Assembly: GCA_030446745.1 (NCBI GenBank)
Contig: JAUJMS010000006.1
Span: 4,498-68,497 of the forward strand
Reading direction: 5' to 3'
DNA from: Egibacteraceae bacterium
GTDB lineage: Bacteria; Actinomycetota; Nitriliruptoria; Euzebyales; Egibacteraceae
DNA: 64,000 bases
Below are positions 63,153 to 64,000 of the stretch, piece after piece. A model generated the notes under the pieces. It was not told where the DNA came from. It did not search any database and worked only from the letters and a program-made list of their open reading frames with translations. The position numbers and the translations under genes were made by a program. Positions within the stretch are counted from its first letter, which is position 1; every line of letters starts with the position of its first letter.

Positions 63153-64000
63153 ATGAAGTTCCGCGCTGAACGCGGCGAGTTCGTCGATGCGGTGTCGTGG
63201 GCCCTGCGCTCGGTCGGGGCACGCGCCACCCTGCCGACGCTGTCGGGCGTGCGCCTGGAGGTGCGCGGCGACCGGCTGGTGCTGTCCTCGACCGACCTCG
63301 AGCTGTCCAGCGAGCTGTCGCTGCCGGTCCAGGGCGAGCGCGACGGCATCGCGCTCGTGCCCGGGCGCCTGCTCGGCGACGTCGTGCGCACCCTGCCCAA
63401 CGCCGCCGTCTCGGCCGACGCGGACACCGACCGGCTGCGGTTGCACTGTGGCCGCGCGCAGTTCGACCTGCGCCTGATGTCAGCCGAGGACTTCCCGCGG
63501 CTGCCCGAGCCGAGCGCGGACGCTGCGGTGGCGGTGCTCAAGGCCGAGGAGTTCGCTCGCACCGTCGCCCAGGTCGCCCGGGCGGCCAGCGGCGACGACG
63601 CCCGACCGGTCCTGACGGGAGTGACGTTGGAGGCCACCGCGGGAACGCTGACCGCCGCGGCCACCGACTCCTACCGCCTCGCCATGCGCACGGTGCCGTG
63701 GGACCAGGGCGCCGAGTGCACCGCGCTGGTGCCCCGACGGGCGCTCGAGGAGGCGCGGCGCTCCGCAGAGCTGCTCGGCAGCGAGGTTCGCCTGGTGTTC
63801 GAGCCCGCCCAAGTGACCTTCGCGTTCGGCGACCGTCGCCTGACGAGCCGGCTGATCGAGGGCACGTTTCCCAACTTCCGCCAGCTGCTTCCACCCGGCT
63901 TTGAGCGCCGGCTCGATGTCGACCGCGGTGAGCTTCTCGAGGTCGTTCGGCGCGTCGCCGTGGTCGGTGAGGTCAACACCGCCGCCACGCCGGTCACGTT
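63153..64000 (+). CDS. dnaN: DNA polymerase III beta sliding clamp (partial, runs off the window end)
   Basis: Own translation after AGGAGG: MKFRAERGEFVDAVSWALRSVGARATLPTLSGVRLEVRGDRLVLSSTDLELS...ATDSYRLA...LIEGTFPNFRQLLP. Confidence 0.95.
   Translation, partial: MKFRAERGEFVDAVSWALRSVGARATLPTLSGVRLEVRGDRLVLSSTDLELSSELSLPVQGERDGIALVPGRLLGDVVRTLPNAAVSADADTDRLRLHCGRAQFDLRLMSAEDFPRLPEPSADAAVAVLKAEEFARTVAQVARAASGDDARPVLTGVTLEATAGTLTAAATDSYRLAMRTVPWDQGAECTALVPRRALEEARRSAELLGSEVRLVFEPAQVTFAFGDRRLTSRLIEGTFPNFRQLLPPGFERRLDVDRGELLEVVRRVAVVGEVNTAATPVT

Overview
Very high G+C (by eye over 70%) actinobacterial chromosome segment that runs into the replication origin. Gene order follows the mycobacterial origin-proximal layout. 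Minus strand: rpsF-ssb-rpsR-rplI-dnaB. Then class A PBP, an Rv0049-like protein, PadR and ino1. Then cca, a NUDIX protein, a kinase, ECF sigma/anti-sigma, trxB-trxA, cwlM, parB-parA-rsmG-jag-yidC-yidD-rnpA-rpmH, dnaA and dnaN (partial at the window end). Interspersed: qcrCAB, terC plus two tandem GT87/DUF2029-like membrane proteins, sodX/sodN (Ni-SOD), malQ, a REC-GAF-EAL protein, bfd-bfr, an orphan pilT, ddl and an aminotransferase. The first ~9 kb is an accessory-looking stretch: RTX-like and beta-helix secreted proteins, a nucleotidyltransferase pair, AlkB, GNAT, an MFS pump. No rRNA, tRNA, CRISPR array, transposase or integrase was seen. Observations worth a second look: (1) ParA appears to carry a ~510-aa disordered N-terminal extension with six spaced copies of a DVPAAREVPDP-like motif, and its start overlaps the rsmG stop as ATGA. 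(2) A ~3.3-kb repeat-built, apparently LAXTG-anchored surface-protein locus is broken into at least 7 frame pieces. (3) A ~48-nt hairpin element occurs three times at gene 3' ends. (4) A stand-alone, apparently active Ser/Thr kinase sits where mycobacteria have the MurJ-pseudokinase fusion. (5) terC is translationally coupled to tandem GT-C-like paralogues. (6) DnaA-box clusters lie on both sides of dnaA, including a perfect 16-bp palindrome. (7) Short indels, many in homopolymer runs, disrupt malQ, an esterase, the second GT87 paralogue, the sigma-factor 3' end and the repeat genes. This points to assembly error as much as to real pseudogenes. All calls come from reading the supplied translations and sequence; no database search was possible.
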